A DNA stretch of 63,142 bases, filler included, from an uncultured bacterium (GTDB lineage Bacteria > CAYJRR01), in assembly GCA_964372275.1 (NCBI GenBank). It is 5 parts of 5 records of this genome, joined end to end, with 100 filler letters (N's around TTAATTAATTAA, not from the genome) between each part and the next. Parts side by side here need not be neighbours in the genome. Positions count along the whole stretch, not along the records: positions 25,973 to 38,483 come from CAYJRR010000130.1; positions 38,584 to 50,906 come from CAYJRR010000132.1; 3 more parts are not named here. One strand, given 5' to 3'. The notes below the pieces were generated by a model. That model was not told where the DNA came from. It saw only the letters and a program-made list of their open reading frames with translations, and made no database searches. The position numbers were made by a program, and so were the translations under genes. This document shows, one piece after another, positions 34,318-44,050 of this stretch; within the stretch, counting starts at the first letter, position 1; each line of letters opens with the position of its first letter.

Positions 34318-35492
34318 AGATCCGGCTGTCGAAGCAGGAGGAGAGGGCCGCGTCGGTTCCGGTCGATCGATCGCGGGTCCGCCGCCCCGACTACGGACGG
34401 AGCCTCGACGACTTCCAGGAGGGGGACGTCTATCTCCACCCCCGCGGCCTGACCGTCGATCGGGGGCTCGCCACGCTTTTCGCGGGGACGTTCCACGAGG
34501 CGAACCCGCTCCACCTGAACGAGCCGTTCGCCCGCGCGCTCGGACATCCGACCTGCCCGGTACCGTGGCAGTTGGTCTTCAACGTCGTCCTGTCGCTCGG
34601 GGTCCAGAACGACTCCGAGAAGGCGATCGCCAACCTCGGCTACTACGACGCGCACTTCCTCCGGCCGGTCTATCCCGGCGATACGCTGCGGGCGCTGACG
34701 CGCATCCTGGAGAAGCGCGATCGGGGCGAGGGGAAGCCGGGGGTGGTGACGTTCCGAACCGTCGGCATCGACCAGCACGATCGTCCGGTTCTCCAGTACG
34801 ATCGCAAGATCCTCGTCGCGCGCGCGAAGCGGAGCGCCGCCGACGGAGGCGTGGCCGCCGGCGGGGCCACCGCCCCGCGGGGCGCTCCGCAGGCGTGGTT
34901 CCCGGAGGTGTCGGAGCCGGCGCTCGAGCTGCCGGCGCCGGCGGCGGACGCGCCGTGTAACCTGACCGGGTCGGCGACGTGGCTCGAGGAGTTCCGGGTC
35001 GGCGACGTGATCGTCCACGCCAACGGGCGGACCGTCGGCGACGAGCATCGCGCGTGGAGCATTTCCCTCGGCAACACCCATCCGCTCCACTTCGACCGGC
35101 TCTATACGACGTCGCTCTCTGGTGCGATGAGCGGCGAGCCGATCGTCTACGGTGGCCTGGTCTTCGCCTGGCTGCACGGACTCGCGTCGCGCGACGCGAC
35201 GGAGAACGCGCTCGCCGAGCTCGGCTTCACCGAGGGGTTCCACACGCAACCGGTGTTCGCCGGCGATACGCTGGGCGCGTTGAGCCGGGTGCTGGCGATC
35301 GAGGCCGGCGTGGTGACGTTCCAGTTGATCGGCGTGAAGAACCTGCGCGCCGCGGAGGCGCTCGACCGGTACGGCGCCGCGCTGTTCGAGAAGGAGCTCA
35401 CCAAGGGGACGAAGATCGCGGAGAAAGTGTTCGAGATCGAGCGACGGGTCCTGATCCGGTCGAGAGGAAGGGACGGTGCCGGAGCGCGATAA
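34314..35492 (+). CDS. mch: tandem MaoC hydratase, probable mesaconyl-CoA hydratase
   Basis: two MaoC domains (AIANLGY..PVYPGDTL; LHFD..VYGGLV..PVFAGDT); coupled to mcd and ecm. Confidence 0.75.
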   Translation: MKIRLSKQEERAASVPVDRSRVRRPDYGRSLDDFQEGDVYLHPRGLTVDRGLATLFAGTFHEANPLHLNEPFARALGHPTCPVPWQLVFNVVLSLGVQNDSEKAIANLGYYDAHFLRPVYPGDTLRALTRILEKRDRGEGKPGVVTFRTVGIDQHDRPVLQYDRKILVARAKRSAADGGVAAGGATAPRGAPQAWFPEVSEPALELPAPAADAPCNLTGSATWLEEFRVGDVIVHANGRTVGDEHRAWSISLGNTHPLHFDRLYTTSLSGAMSGEPIVYGGLVFAWLHGLASRDATENALAELGFTEGFHTQPVFAGDTLGALSRVLAIEAGVVTFQLIGVKNLRAAEALDRYGAALFEKELTKGTKIAEKVFEIERRVLIRSRGRDGAGAR

Positions 35493-37449
35493 GCCCTGGT
35501 TGATGCGCACCTACGCGGGGCACTCCTCCCCCCGCGCCTCGAACGCGTTGTTCCGGCAGAACCTGGCGAAGGGACAGACCGGGCTTTCGATCGCATTCGA
35601 CCTTCCGACGCAGATCGGCTACGACGCCGACCATCCCCTCGCGGCAGGAGAGATCGGCCGGGTCGGCGTCCCGGTCGCGCACCTCGGCGACATGGAGGCG
35701 TTGCTCGAGGGGATTCCGCTCGAGCGGATGAACACCTCGATGACGATCAACGCCACCGCGCCGTGGCTGATGGCGCTCTACGTGGCGGCGGCCGAGCGCC
35801 GCGGGATCGCCACCGACCGGCTCGCCGGAACGACCCAGAACGACGTCCTCAAGGAGTACCTCTCCCGGGGAACCTATGCCTTCCCGCCGGCCCCGTCGTT
35901 GCGCCTGGCCACCGACCTGATCGCCTGGACGACGCGGCACGTTCCGCGGTGGAACCCGATCAACGTCTGCTCCTACCACCTGCAGGAGGCCGGGGCGACT
36001 CCGGCGCAGGAGATCGCCTACACATTGAGCAACGCCATCGCCGTCCTCGACGGTGTGCGGCGGGGTCGGCAGGTCGACGCGTCCGCCTTCCCTTCGGTCG
36101 TCGGCCGGATCTCGTTCTTTTGCAACGCGGGCATCCGCTTCGTCGAGGAGATGTGCAAGATGCGCGCGTTCGTCCGGATGTGGGACGCCCTCGTGCGCGA
36201 TCGCTACGGCGTCGACGACCCCGCGGCGCGGCGCTTCCGCTACGGGGTCCAGGTGAATTCGCTGGGGCTGACCGAACGGCAGCCGGAGAACAACGTCGCG
36301 CGCGTGGTGCTCGAGATGCTCGGCGTCGTCCTCTCTCGCGAGGCGCGGGCACGGGCGATCCAGCTCCCGGCGTGGAACGAAGCGCTGGGACTCCCCCGCC
36401 CGTGGGACCAGCAATGGTCGCTTCGCATGCAGCAGATCCTCGCCTTCGAAAGCGACCTGCTCGAGTACCCCGATCTGTTCGACGGCTCGCCGGTGGTGGA
36501 GGCGAAGGTGGCGGAACTCGTGGAGGCGGCCACCGCGGAGATGGGCCGGGTCGAGGCGGCCGGAGGGGCGGTGAAGGCGATCGAGTCCGGATGGATGAAG
36601 GCGCGGCTGGTCGAGGCGCACGCCACCCGCCGCGCCGGCATCGAATCGGGGACGCATGTCGTCGTGGGGGTGAACCGGTTCCAGGAGACGGCCGAGTCGC
36701 CGCTCACCGCCGGCGACGACGGCGGGATCCTCTCGGTCGATCCGGCGGTGGAGCGGGAACGGATCGACGCGCTCCGTGAGCACCGCGCGCGCCGCGATGT
36801 GGCGGCGGTCGCCGCCGCGCTCGCGGAGCTGGAGACTGCGGCGCGCGAAGGGATCAACGTCCTGCCCCCGTCGATTCGCGCCGCGCACGCCGGGGCGACG
36901 ACCGGCGAATGGGCGGCGGCGATGCGGAAAGTGTTCGGCGATTTCCGCGCGCCGACCGGCGTCGCCCTGGCCGCCGGGAGCGGATCGCCGGCGCGGGCGG
37001 CGGACGCGCTCGCCGGGCTCCGCGCCGAGGTGAATGCGCTGTCGGAACGGCTCGGGGCGCGACTGAAGATCCTGGTCGGCAAACCCGGGCTCGACGGTCA
37101 CAGCAACGGCGCGGAACAGATCGCCTTCCTCGCGCGCGAGGCCGGGATGGAGGTCCTCTATCTCGGCATCCGGCTCACGCCGGAGGAGATCGTCGCCTCG
37201 GCGGTGCAGGAGGCGGTGCACGTCGTCGGTCTGTCGATCCTCTCCGGCGGACACCTCGCGCTGGTGCCGGCCGTGATCGACGGCCTGCGCATGGCGGGGG
37301 CGGGCGACGTGCCGGTGGTGGTTGGCGGCATCGTGCCGGAGGCCGATCGCGCCGCGCTCCTGCGCGCCGGGGTCGCGCGGGTCTTCACCCCGCAGGATTT
37401 CGACCGGACGAAGGTGCTGTCGGAGGTGGTGGAGTTGGTTCGTCGCTAA
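35476..37449 (+). CDS. ecm: ethylmalonyl-CoA mutase (MeaA), B12-dependent
   Basis: RDKPWLMRTYAGHS, NVCSYHLQEAGATP, QLPAWNEALGLPRPWDQQWSLR, KPGLDGHSNG. Confidence 0.93.
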   Translation: MPERDKPWLMRTYAGHSSPRASNALFRQNLAKGQTGLSIAFDLPTQIGYDADHPLAAGEIGRVGVPVAHLGDMEALLEGIPLERMNTSMTINATAPWLMALYVAAAERRGIATDRLAGTTQNDVLKEYLSRGTYAFPPAPSLRLATDLIAWTTRHVPRWNPINVCSYHLQEAGATPAQEIAYTLSNAIAVLDGVRRGRQVDASAFPSVVGRISFFCNAGIRFVEEMCKMRAFVRMWDALVRDRYGVDDPAARRFRYGVQVNSLGLTERQPENNVARVVLEMLGVVLSREARARAIQLPAWNEALGLPRPWDQQWSLRMQQILAFESDLLEYPDLFDGSPVVEAKVAELVEAATAEMGRVEAAGGAVKAIESGWMKARLVEAHATRRAGIESGTHVVVGVNRFQETAESPLTAGDDGGILSVDPAVERERIDALREHRARRDVAAVAAALAELETAAREGINVLPPSIRAAHAGATTGEWAAAMRKVFGDFRAPTGVALAAGSGSPARAADALAGLRAEVNALSERLGARLKILVGKPGLDGHSNGAEQIAFLAREAGMEVLYLGIRLTPEEIVASAVQEAVHVVGLSILSGGHLALVPAVIDGLRMAGAGDVPVVVGGIVPEADRAALLRAGVARVFTPQDFDRTKVLSEVVELVRR

Positions 37450-37462
37450 GGAGGTGGTCCGC

Positions 37463-38483
37463 ATGCTCGAGACCCAGAGCGTCTGCCCAGTCGGCCAGGT
37501 CCCTCCCCTCGGAGTTGTCCCCGATCGCATGCAAGGATGGGTGATCCGCCGCGATCGCCACGGCGAGCCGAGACGTTCGTTCCAGCGCGAGACGGTGCCG
37601 GTGCCGGAACCGGGACCGGACGAGGTGTTGGTGTGGGTGGCGGCGGCCGGGGTGAACTACAACGGCGTCTGGGCGGGGCTCGGCGAGCCGATCTCGGTGC
37701 TCGACGTGCACAAGAAGGACTACCACATCGCCGGTTCCGATCTCGCCGGGGTGGTCTGGAAGGTCGGCGAGAACGTCCGTGCCTGGAAGGTCGGCGACGA
37801 GGTGATCGCCCACTGCAACATCAGTTGCGGGCAGTGTGACCACTGCAACGGAGGAGATCCGATGTTCTGCGCCGAGCAGCGGATCTGGGGCTACGAGACG
37901 CCTGACGGGGCGTTCGCCCAGTTCACGGTGGTGCAGGCGCAACAGCTCCTCCCCAAGCCGAAGCGCCTCTCGTGGGAGGAGGCCGGCTGCTACATGCTGG
38001 TGCTCGCCACCGCCTACCGGATGCTGTTCGGACATCCGCCGCACGTGCTGAAGCCGGGGACGAACGTGCTGGTGTGGGGCGGCGCCGGCGGGCTCGGCTC
38101 GATGGCGATCCAGATCGTGCGCGCCACCGGCGGGAACGCCATCGCCGTCGTCGGGAGCGATTCGAAATCCGACCACTGCCTCAAGCTCGGCGCGAAAGCG
38201 GTTCTCAACCGGACGCGCTTCGACTGCTGGCAGCGCCTGCCGGAGATCGGCGACAAGGCCGGCTACGAGGCGTGGGTGCGCGAGGCGCGCCGGTTCGGAA
38301 AGGCGATCTGGGAGGTCACCGGAAAAGGGAACGACGTCGACATCGTCTTCGAGCATCCGGGGATGACGACCTTCCCGGTGTCGACGCTGGTCGCGAAGCG
38401 GGGCGGGATGGTCGTCTTCTGCGCCGGCACCACCGGCTACAACCTGACGATGGACGCGCGTTACGTCTGGATGCGGCAGAAGC
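37463..38483 (+). CDS. ccr: crotonyl-CoA carboxylase/reductase (3' partial)
   Basis: AAGVNYNGVWA, HIAGSD, IWGYET, FEHPG, DARYVWMRQK; AAGGAGGT SD. Confidence 0.93.
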
Positions 38484-38583
38484 NNNNNNNNNNNNNNNNN
38501 NNNNNNNNNNNNNNNNNNNNNNNNNNNTTAATTAATTAANNNNNNNNNNNNNNNNNNNNNNNNNNNNNNNNNNNNNNNNNNNN
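38484..38583. other. artificial contig spacer
   Basis: N run with TTAATTAATTAA core. Confidence 0.98.
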
Positions 38584-39674
38584 GCGGCGGCGAGCGCGCC
38601 TCGCCTGCGACGTCGCGAGGCCTCCTCGCGGCGGCCGCGGCGATCGTCCTCCTCGCGGCGGGGAGCGCCGCCGCCGCGATGGCGCAGGAGGGTGACGCCC
38701 GGCGGTCGCTCCTGCTCGCCTCGACGCACGCGGTGTTCGCGGCCGCCTGGCTCTTCGCGTGCAGCCGCCGTCGGATCGGCGCGCGCGCCGGCGCCGCCGT
38801 CGCCGCGGCGCTCCTGGTCGTCGACCTCCTGCCGCTCCCCTTCCGTCAACCGCCCGCCGAGCCGATCGCCGCGCTCGACCCGCCCGCCGTCTTTGCCTCG
38901 GCAGCGGAGCGCGCGGGGGGGGCCCGCCTGTCGCACGACGACGCGTCGGCCCCCCTCCCCTACAATGGCGGCGGCCGCTGGGGCTACCGGAACGCGCGCG
39001 GCTACTCGCAGGTCGTGCCGCGCCTCTACTCGCGGCTCCTCGATCGCGACGCTCCACCGGAGCGTCGCTTCCTCGGCGAGCCCGCACGCACCGATCCGGC
39101 GCTGCTCCGGCTGCTCGGGGTGGGGGTGTGGGTCGGCGATGCGCGCGCCGCGCCCCCGGACGGGTTCGAGCCACGACCGTTCGCCGAAGCCGGCGGCCTG
39201 GCCGCGTGGTCGGCGGCGTTCGAGCCGCTGGTCGCGTCGATCGTCGCCCGGGCGGACGTCGTCGCGGAAGGAGACGCGGAGCGCGCCGCCGCCCTCGCGC
39301 TCGATCCGGCGGCCTCCGCCGTGGTGACGTCCGACGTCGGGCTGTCGGATCGGGCGCCGGGCTCCGCCGGGCGCGCCCGCGTGACGCGAATTTCCAGCGA
39401 CCGGATCCGGGTCGACGCCGAGGCGACGACCGACGGGCTCCTCGTCCTGGCCGAGGCCTGGCATCCGCGGTGGAAGGCCTGGATCGACGGCCGGCCCGCC
39501 GAGATCGTCCGCGCGGACGCGATCTGGCAGGGGGTCGTCCTCCCCGCGGGCCCACACACGGTCGAGTTTCGGTGCCGGCCCGCCGTCCGCGGGTGGATGT
39601 GGCTCACGTCGGCGGCCGGCGTGCTCGCGCTCGCAGCAACACGAATAGGCAGAAGGCCCCGTACAGTCCCGTGA
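38584..39674 (+). CDS. YfhO-family membrane protein, C-terminal part (5' partial)
   Basis: GLLVLAEAWHPRWKAWIDG..RAD..QGV.LPAGPHTVEF then TM helix. Confidence 0.8.
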
Positions 39675-40035
39675 CCGACCAGAACAGCGGATCGGAGGGG
39701 CGACGCAGGTAGCGCGCGAACAGCTCGGCCAGCGCGACCCCGAGGGGGATGGCGGTGGCGATCCGAAGCGCGTTCGAGCCGGCGATCCGGCCGGTCGTCT
39801 CCGCCCAGAACGAGACGACCGCCGGGATCGGAAGGAGGATCGCCCCGGCCGTTCCCAGGCGCACGAGCGGGAGCCAGCCTCCGAGGTCGGCGACGAGCAG
39901 CGCGAAGGTCACCGGCCAGATCCCGAGGCAGCGCGCGCACAGGAAAAGCGCACCGCCGTTGGGCCACGGCACGGCGACGCATCGATCCCGCCGCTCCGGC
40001 GGATGGTGCGCGAACAGGAACTGGAGAATCGACAC
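39604..40035 (-). CDS. DUF2085-like membrane protein
   Basis: HH...R, LCARCLGI, SNALRIATAIPLG. Confidence 0.7.
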   Translation of the reverse strand: MSILQFLFAHHPPERRDRCVAVPWPNGGALFLCARCLGIWPVTFALLVADLGGWLPLVRLGTAGAILLPIPAVVSFWAETTGRIAGSNALRIATAIPLGVALAELFARYLRRPSDPLFWSVTGLYGAFCLFVLLRARARRPPT

Positions 40036-40071
40036 CGAGCTACGGTATACCGCGAGGAGTCAGGAGAGACG

Positions 40072-40341
40072 ATGGCCCACAAGCCCGATCCGAAGAAGAC
40101 CGAAGCGAATCACGTCCACCACAAAGGGGGGGCGAAAGCCCGCGCCTGCCAGGTCAAGGCCTGCAAGAACCCCTACCGCGCCAAGGGCTACTGCGATTCG
40201 CACTACCGCCTCTGGAGGAGCGGCGCGTTCGGCGATGCCCGCTACACCGCCTGCTCGAAGGAGGGCTGCAACAAGCCCGTCGCCGGCGAGGGGCTGTGCG
40301 AGACGCATCGCGCCGAGGCGAAGAAGCCCGCCGCGGCGTGA
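40072..40341 (+). CDS. small basic protein with two Cys/His motifs (myxobacterial vegetative-protein-like)
   Basis: CQVKAC..KGYCDSHY and CSKEGC..GLCETH; AGGAG SD. Confidence 0.75.
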   Translation: MAHKPDPKKTEANHVHHKGGAKARACQVKACKNPYRAKGYCDSHYRLWRSGAFGDARYTACSKEGCNKPVAGEGLCETHRAEAKKPAAA

Positions 40342-40367
40342 CGGCGGTCGAGCGAGCCGGGTGAGAG

Positions 40368-41864
40368 ATGCAGGTTAGGCGGCCGACGACCGGCCAGCTC
40401 GCGCTCGCGTTCGCGGCGGCGTTGCTCGTCCTGTTCTGCGAGAGCAAGACGCTTCCGATGAACGACCTGGCCGTCTACCTCGCCCTGGGGAGGGAGATGG
40501 CCGACGCCGGTGGCTATGCCGACGTCGACCGCCTCACGCACACCGTCGCCGGAACGGTCTTCCTGAACGGGACCTGGGGGGCGCAGGCGCTGTTCCACCG
40601 CGTCTGGTCCTGGTCGGGGTTTTCGGGGCTGCAGGTGCTGCTGGCGATCGCCGTCGGCGGAACCGTGGTGACGGTCGCGTGGGCGTGCCGCCGCGCCGCG
40701 CGGGGACGGGACTCTGGCCTGGGGATCGGCGCGCTCCTGTCCGCGTGGCTCGTCGTCCAGAACCTGGGGTTGCGGCCACAGCTGTTCGCCCTTCCGCTCT
40801 TCGCGGTCTACGCCTGCCTCGCGCTTTCGGCTCGTCCGACGGCGGCGACGATCGGCCTCTCGGCCGTTCTGACCGCGCTCTGGGCCAACCTCCACGGATC
40901 GTTCCCGCTGGGCCCGTTGCTCTCCGCGCTGGTGATGCTGGGGGTGCTGTGGGAGACGGGCCCTTCGTCGGGGGGGGCGCGGGAGTGGATCGCGCACGCG
41001 CTGGCGTCGATGCGCGGACGCGGCGAGGCGTTCGGCCACGCGGCGACCGCCGTCGCGGCGACGCTCGCCAGCTTCGCCAACCCCTACGGTCCGTCGATCC
41101 TCGGATACGTCGCGACCAACTCCTCGATGCCGGCGTCGCGGGGCTTGAGCGAATGGGCCCCGACCTCGCTCGATTCGTCCCACGGTGTGCGCCTGGCGGT
41201 CGCCTGCGCCGTGGTGCTGTTCGCCTTCCTTCGCTCGGGCCGGTGGTTCGCCCGGCGCGACCTCCCGGCGATCGCCGCCTTCGGCCTCCTCGCGCTGACC
41301 GGCATCCGGCACGTCTGCTGGCTCGGGATCGTCCTTCCGCCGGCGCTCGCCCGGGTCTTTCCGGCGGCCCCCGCCGATCGGCCGCCTCGGCGGTGGCCGG
41401 CGGCCGTCGCCGCGGCGACGCTCCTGTTCTGGATCGCCCTGCTGGTGAAGGAGTCGCCGTTCGTGCGGCTTCGTGGCCTCCACGGCGACGAGGCGATGAA
41501 GCGGCAGTTCGAGAGCGACACGCCGGTCGAACTCACCGCGTGGGCTACCGCGAACGGCGTCTCCGGCCGCCTGTTCAACTCGATGGAGTGGGGCGGATTC
41601 CTTTCGTGGCGTCTTCCCGCCGAGGCGAAGACCTTCGCCGACGTCCGCATCTGGATCTTCCCCGATCCGGTCTGGTCCGACTACCTCGCCGTCACCTACG
41701 CCGAGTACGGCTGGGAGCGGATCCTCGACCGCTACCGCGTCGATTGGGCGATCCTCGACCGCGGCGCCCACCGCCGCCTGATCCCGTACCTCGAGGCCTC
41801 TCCCGGTTGGGAGCGCGTCTACGCCGACGACGTCGGCCTGATCTTCCGCCGCCGCACGCCGTAG
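40368..41864 (+). CDS. polytopic membrane protein, GT-C-like glycosyltransferase
   Basis: D....LA.GR loop, RPQLF, LWANLHGSF, NPYG, EW.P, WGGFL, F.D.R. Confidence 0.7.
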   Translation: MQVRRPTTGQLALAFAAALLVLFCESKTLPMNDLAVYLALGREMADAGGYADVDRLTHTVAGTVFLNGTWGAQALFHRVWSWSGFSGLQVLLAIAVGGTVVTVAWACRRAARGRDSGLGIGALLSAWLVVQNLGLRPQLFALPLFAVYACLALSARPTAATIGLSAVLTALWANLHGSFPLGPLLSALVMLGVLWETGPSSGGAREWIAHALASMRGRGEAFGHAATAVAATLASFANPYGPSILGYVATNSSMPASRGLSEWAPTSLDSSHGVRLAVACAVVLFAFLRSGRWFARRDLPAIAAFGLLALTGIRHVCWLGIVLPPALARVFPAAPADRPPRRWPAAVAAATLLFWIALLVKESPFVRLRGLHGDEAMKRQFESDTPVELTAWATANGVSGRLFNSMEWGGFLSWRLPAEAKTFADVRIWIFPDPVWSDYLAVTYAEYGWERILDRYRVDWAILDRGAHRRLIPYLEASPGWERVYADDVGLIFRRRTP

Positions 41865-41884
41865 GGCGTCTCGCCGCCAAACCG

Positions 41885-42292
41885 CTACGTCGGTTCGGTG
41901 GACGCGACGTCGCCGGGGCGGGGAGAAACGGGTGACGCCGTTGCTTTCGTGCCCGAGGAGGTCGAGCGGACATCGACGTCGCGCGACGGAATTTTCCGAG
42001 GGGGGCCGCGGCGTCGCTTCGGTCGGGCGGCCGTCGGACGTGGGGACCTCCGATCCTCATCGTCCTCCTCGTCCTCGTCGAGATCGAAGTCGGTGGCGGT
42101 CGACGCGGCGTCGGACTCCATCCAGCCTTCGACGGCGGCGTAGAGGCGCGTGTAGACGAACGCCGCCACGGCGAGCAGGCCGAGGAAGAGAAAGAAGCGG
42201 GGGAAGCTCCAGACGATGCCCAGGACCAGCAGGCCGGCGCCGAAGATCCCTCCGGTCACCGCATGGACGTGCAACGGATCGATCCGACGCAT
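41885..42292 (-). CDS. hypothetical membrane protein
   Basis: two TM helices then acidic and basic tail; -10-like TAGATT 9 nt upstream. Confidence 0.55.
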   Translation of the reverse strand: MRRIDPLHVHAVTGGIFGAGLLVLGIVWSFPRFFLFLGLLAVAAFVYTRLYAAVEGWMESDAASTATDFDLDEDEEDDEDRRSPRPTAARPKRRRGPPRKIPSRDVDVRSTSSGTKATASPVSPRPGDVASTEPT

Positions 42293-42364
42293 CGGAAAGA
42301 GAATCTAGCGGCAAATCGATCCCGAGGCGAGCGTTCCGCCGACTCGGCGTCGCCGCCGTTCGTA

Positions 42365-43786
42365 CTAGGCGCGTGCCCGCAGCGAGCGGGCCCCCCGAAG
42401 CGCGAAACCGACGAGCAGCGCGGCGGCGAGCCACGCGCCGGAGCGAGGGGCCGCGGCGCCGGAGCCGACACCGACCGAGCACCCTCCGGGCAGGCTTCGC
42501 CGGCTGTCATCGCCGACGTCGTCCTCGCCGGCGGGGGTCAGCGCGACGCTCTTCCAGAACGTCCCGCCGGTGTCGACCTCCTTGGTGTCGGTCGCCGGCT
42601 CGTACCCGTCGGCCGTCACATGGACCTCGTAGAGACCGAGGTCGAGCTCGTCGAACTCGTAGTAGCCGTCGGCGTCGGTCGTCGTCGACCGGCCGTTGCC
42701 GATCGACACCCGCGCGCCGGCGATCGGCGGACCCTCGTAGATGTCCCCCTCGCGGACGTAGCCGACCAGCATCGCGGTCATCGCCACGTCCCCCTCGATC
42801 AGCTCCATGTACTGCTCCCAGTCCCAGTACGGGCCGGGATCGACGTGTGTCGAACCGGGGACCTCCTTGTGCTCGATGATGTGATCCCGATCGCGGGGGA
42901 TGGCGTACTTGTCGGTGAGGTAGCGGGTGAGGGCAGCCGACGCCTGCATCATCGGGTCGGGATAGGAGTTGGGGTCGCTCATGTACCCCTCGTGCTCGAT
43001 CCCGACCGACTTCTGGTTGTAGGTCCAGTTCCCCGCGTGCCACGCGATGTCGGCCTCGGAGACCATCTGCGTGACGTTTCCTTCGTTGGAGACGACGTAA
43101 TGCGCGGAGACCTGCGCCGCCGGGTTCTGGAACCAGCTGATGCAACCTTCGTAGGAACCTTCGACGTCGTGGATGATGACGTAGGTCAGGTCGTCGAGGC
43201 CGCGGCTCGCGTTGGTGTAGTTGCCGCCGTACGCGGCGACGAAGTCCGCGCCCGGATATTCGGCCGGGGCGAACGAGAGCGTGGCCTGCTCGGGCGGCAG
43301 CGACTCGATCCACGCCAGCGCCCCCTGCCTTTTCAGGTCGCGCGCCAGCTTCCGCAACCACCGCGCGCGCAGCGCTTCGTCCGGCAACGCGGGGACCGCG
43401 ACCGCCGCCGCGTACCAGGACAGCCCCTCCGAGCGTCGCGCCGCGACCAGCGCGGCGGCGGCGCGGACGTTGGCGCGAGTCTCGGTGCGGATCGCGTCGG
43501 CCTCGATCCCGAGGAGGCTCGCCGCCTCGGCGATCGCCTCTTCCTGGAGGCCCATCACGCCGAACTGACCGGCGTGCGAGTCGGTGACGGCGTGGTGCTC
43601 GGTCTGGGCGAAACCGATCGCGCGCACGATCGGCGCGGGAACGTCGAACTCGTCGGCCGCCGCCCGGTAGTCGGCGTCGAAGGGGGTGGTGGACGCGGGC
43701 AGGGGCGCATCGGCAGGGAACTCGGCCGGAGCACAGGCCGCCAGGGCGACGACGAACAGGACGAGCGGCGCGCGAATCGTGCTCAA
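42365..43786 (-). CDS. N-acetylmuramoyl-L-alanine amidase (Amidase_2) lipoprotein with MYXO-CTERM tail
   Basis: lipobox LAAC; IIHDVEG, SAHY, AWHAG, GIEHEG, H..DPG; GGCSV+TM+basic tail; TTG start with GAGGGG SD. Confidence 0.88.
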   Translation of the reverse strand: MSTIRAPLVLFVVALAACAPAEFPADAPLPASTTPFDADYRAAADEFDVPAPIVRAIGFAQTEHHAVTDSHAGQFGVMGLQEEAIAEAASLLGIEADAIRTETRANVRAAAALVAARRSEGLSWYAAAVAVPALPDEALRARWLRKLARDLKRQGALAWIESLPPEQATLSFAPAEYPGADFVAAYGGNYTNASRGLDDLTYVIIHDVEGSYEGCISWFQNPAAQVSAHYVVSNEGNVTQMVSEADIAWHAGNWTYNQKSVGIEHEGYMSDPNSYPDPMMQASAALTRYLTDKYAIPRDRDHIIEHKEVPGSTHVDPGPYWDWEQYMELIEGDVAMTAMLVGYVREGDIYEGPPIAGARVSIGNGRSTTTDADGYYEFDELDLGLYEVHVTADGYEPATDTKEVDTGGTFWKSVALTPAGEDDVGDDSRRSLPGGCSVGVGSGAAAPRSGAWLAAALLVGFALRGARSLRARA

Positions 43787-43821
43787 TGGACCCCCTCGAC
43801 GCGAATCAGAAGCGGACATTC

Positions 43822-43837
43822 AGCAACGAACGTGCCG
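43822..43837 (-). promoter_or_regulatory. sigma54 promoter with IHF-like site upstream
   Basis: CGGCACGTTCGTTGCT; TAACTACCCGATT at 43862-43874 resembles the IHF consensus. Confidence 0.7.
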
Positions 43838-44050
43838 CGCTCCGCCTTCGCGGGAGCATGCTAACTACCCGATTTCGAAGGTAATGAAGCGCTTCGTTTC
43901 GTCCGCCCGAACGGCGATCGTGCCGAACTGACGCACCCCGCGCCGCCTGCGGGCCGCCCGTTTCGCCGGTTTTCGCTTCGATTCCGAACCGTTGCCAACC
44001 GTCACGGGACGTAACGGGGGTGGCCACAACCGGTCCCCTCCCGCGCGAGG

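Noticed and set aside
43787-43819. ORF-track ATG start (43819) for the amidase
   Set aside because: Lies within 3 nt of the sigma54 motif, upstream of the expected TSS; TTG at 43786 has an SD and gives a proper signal peptide.
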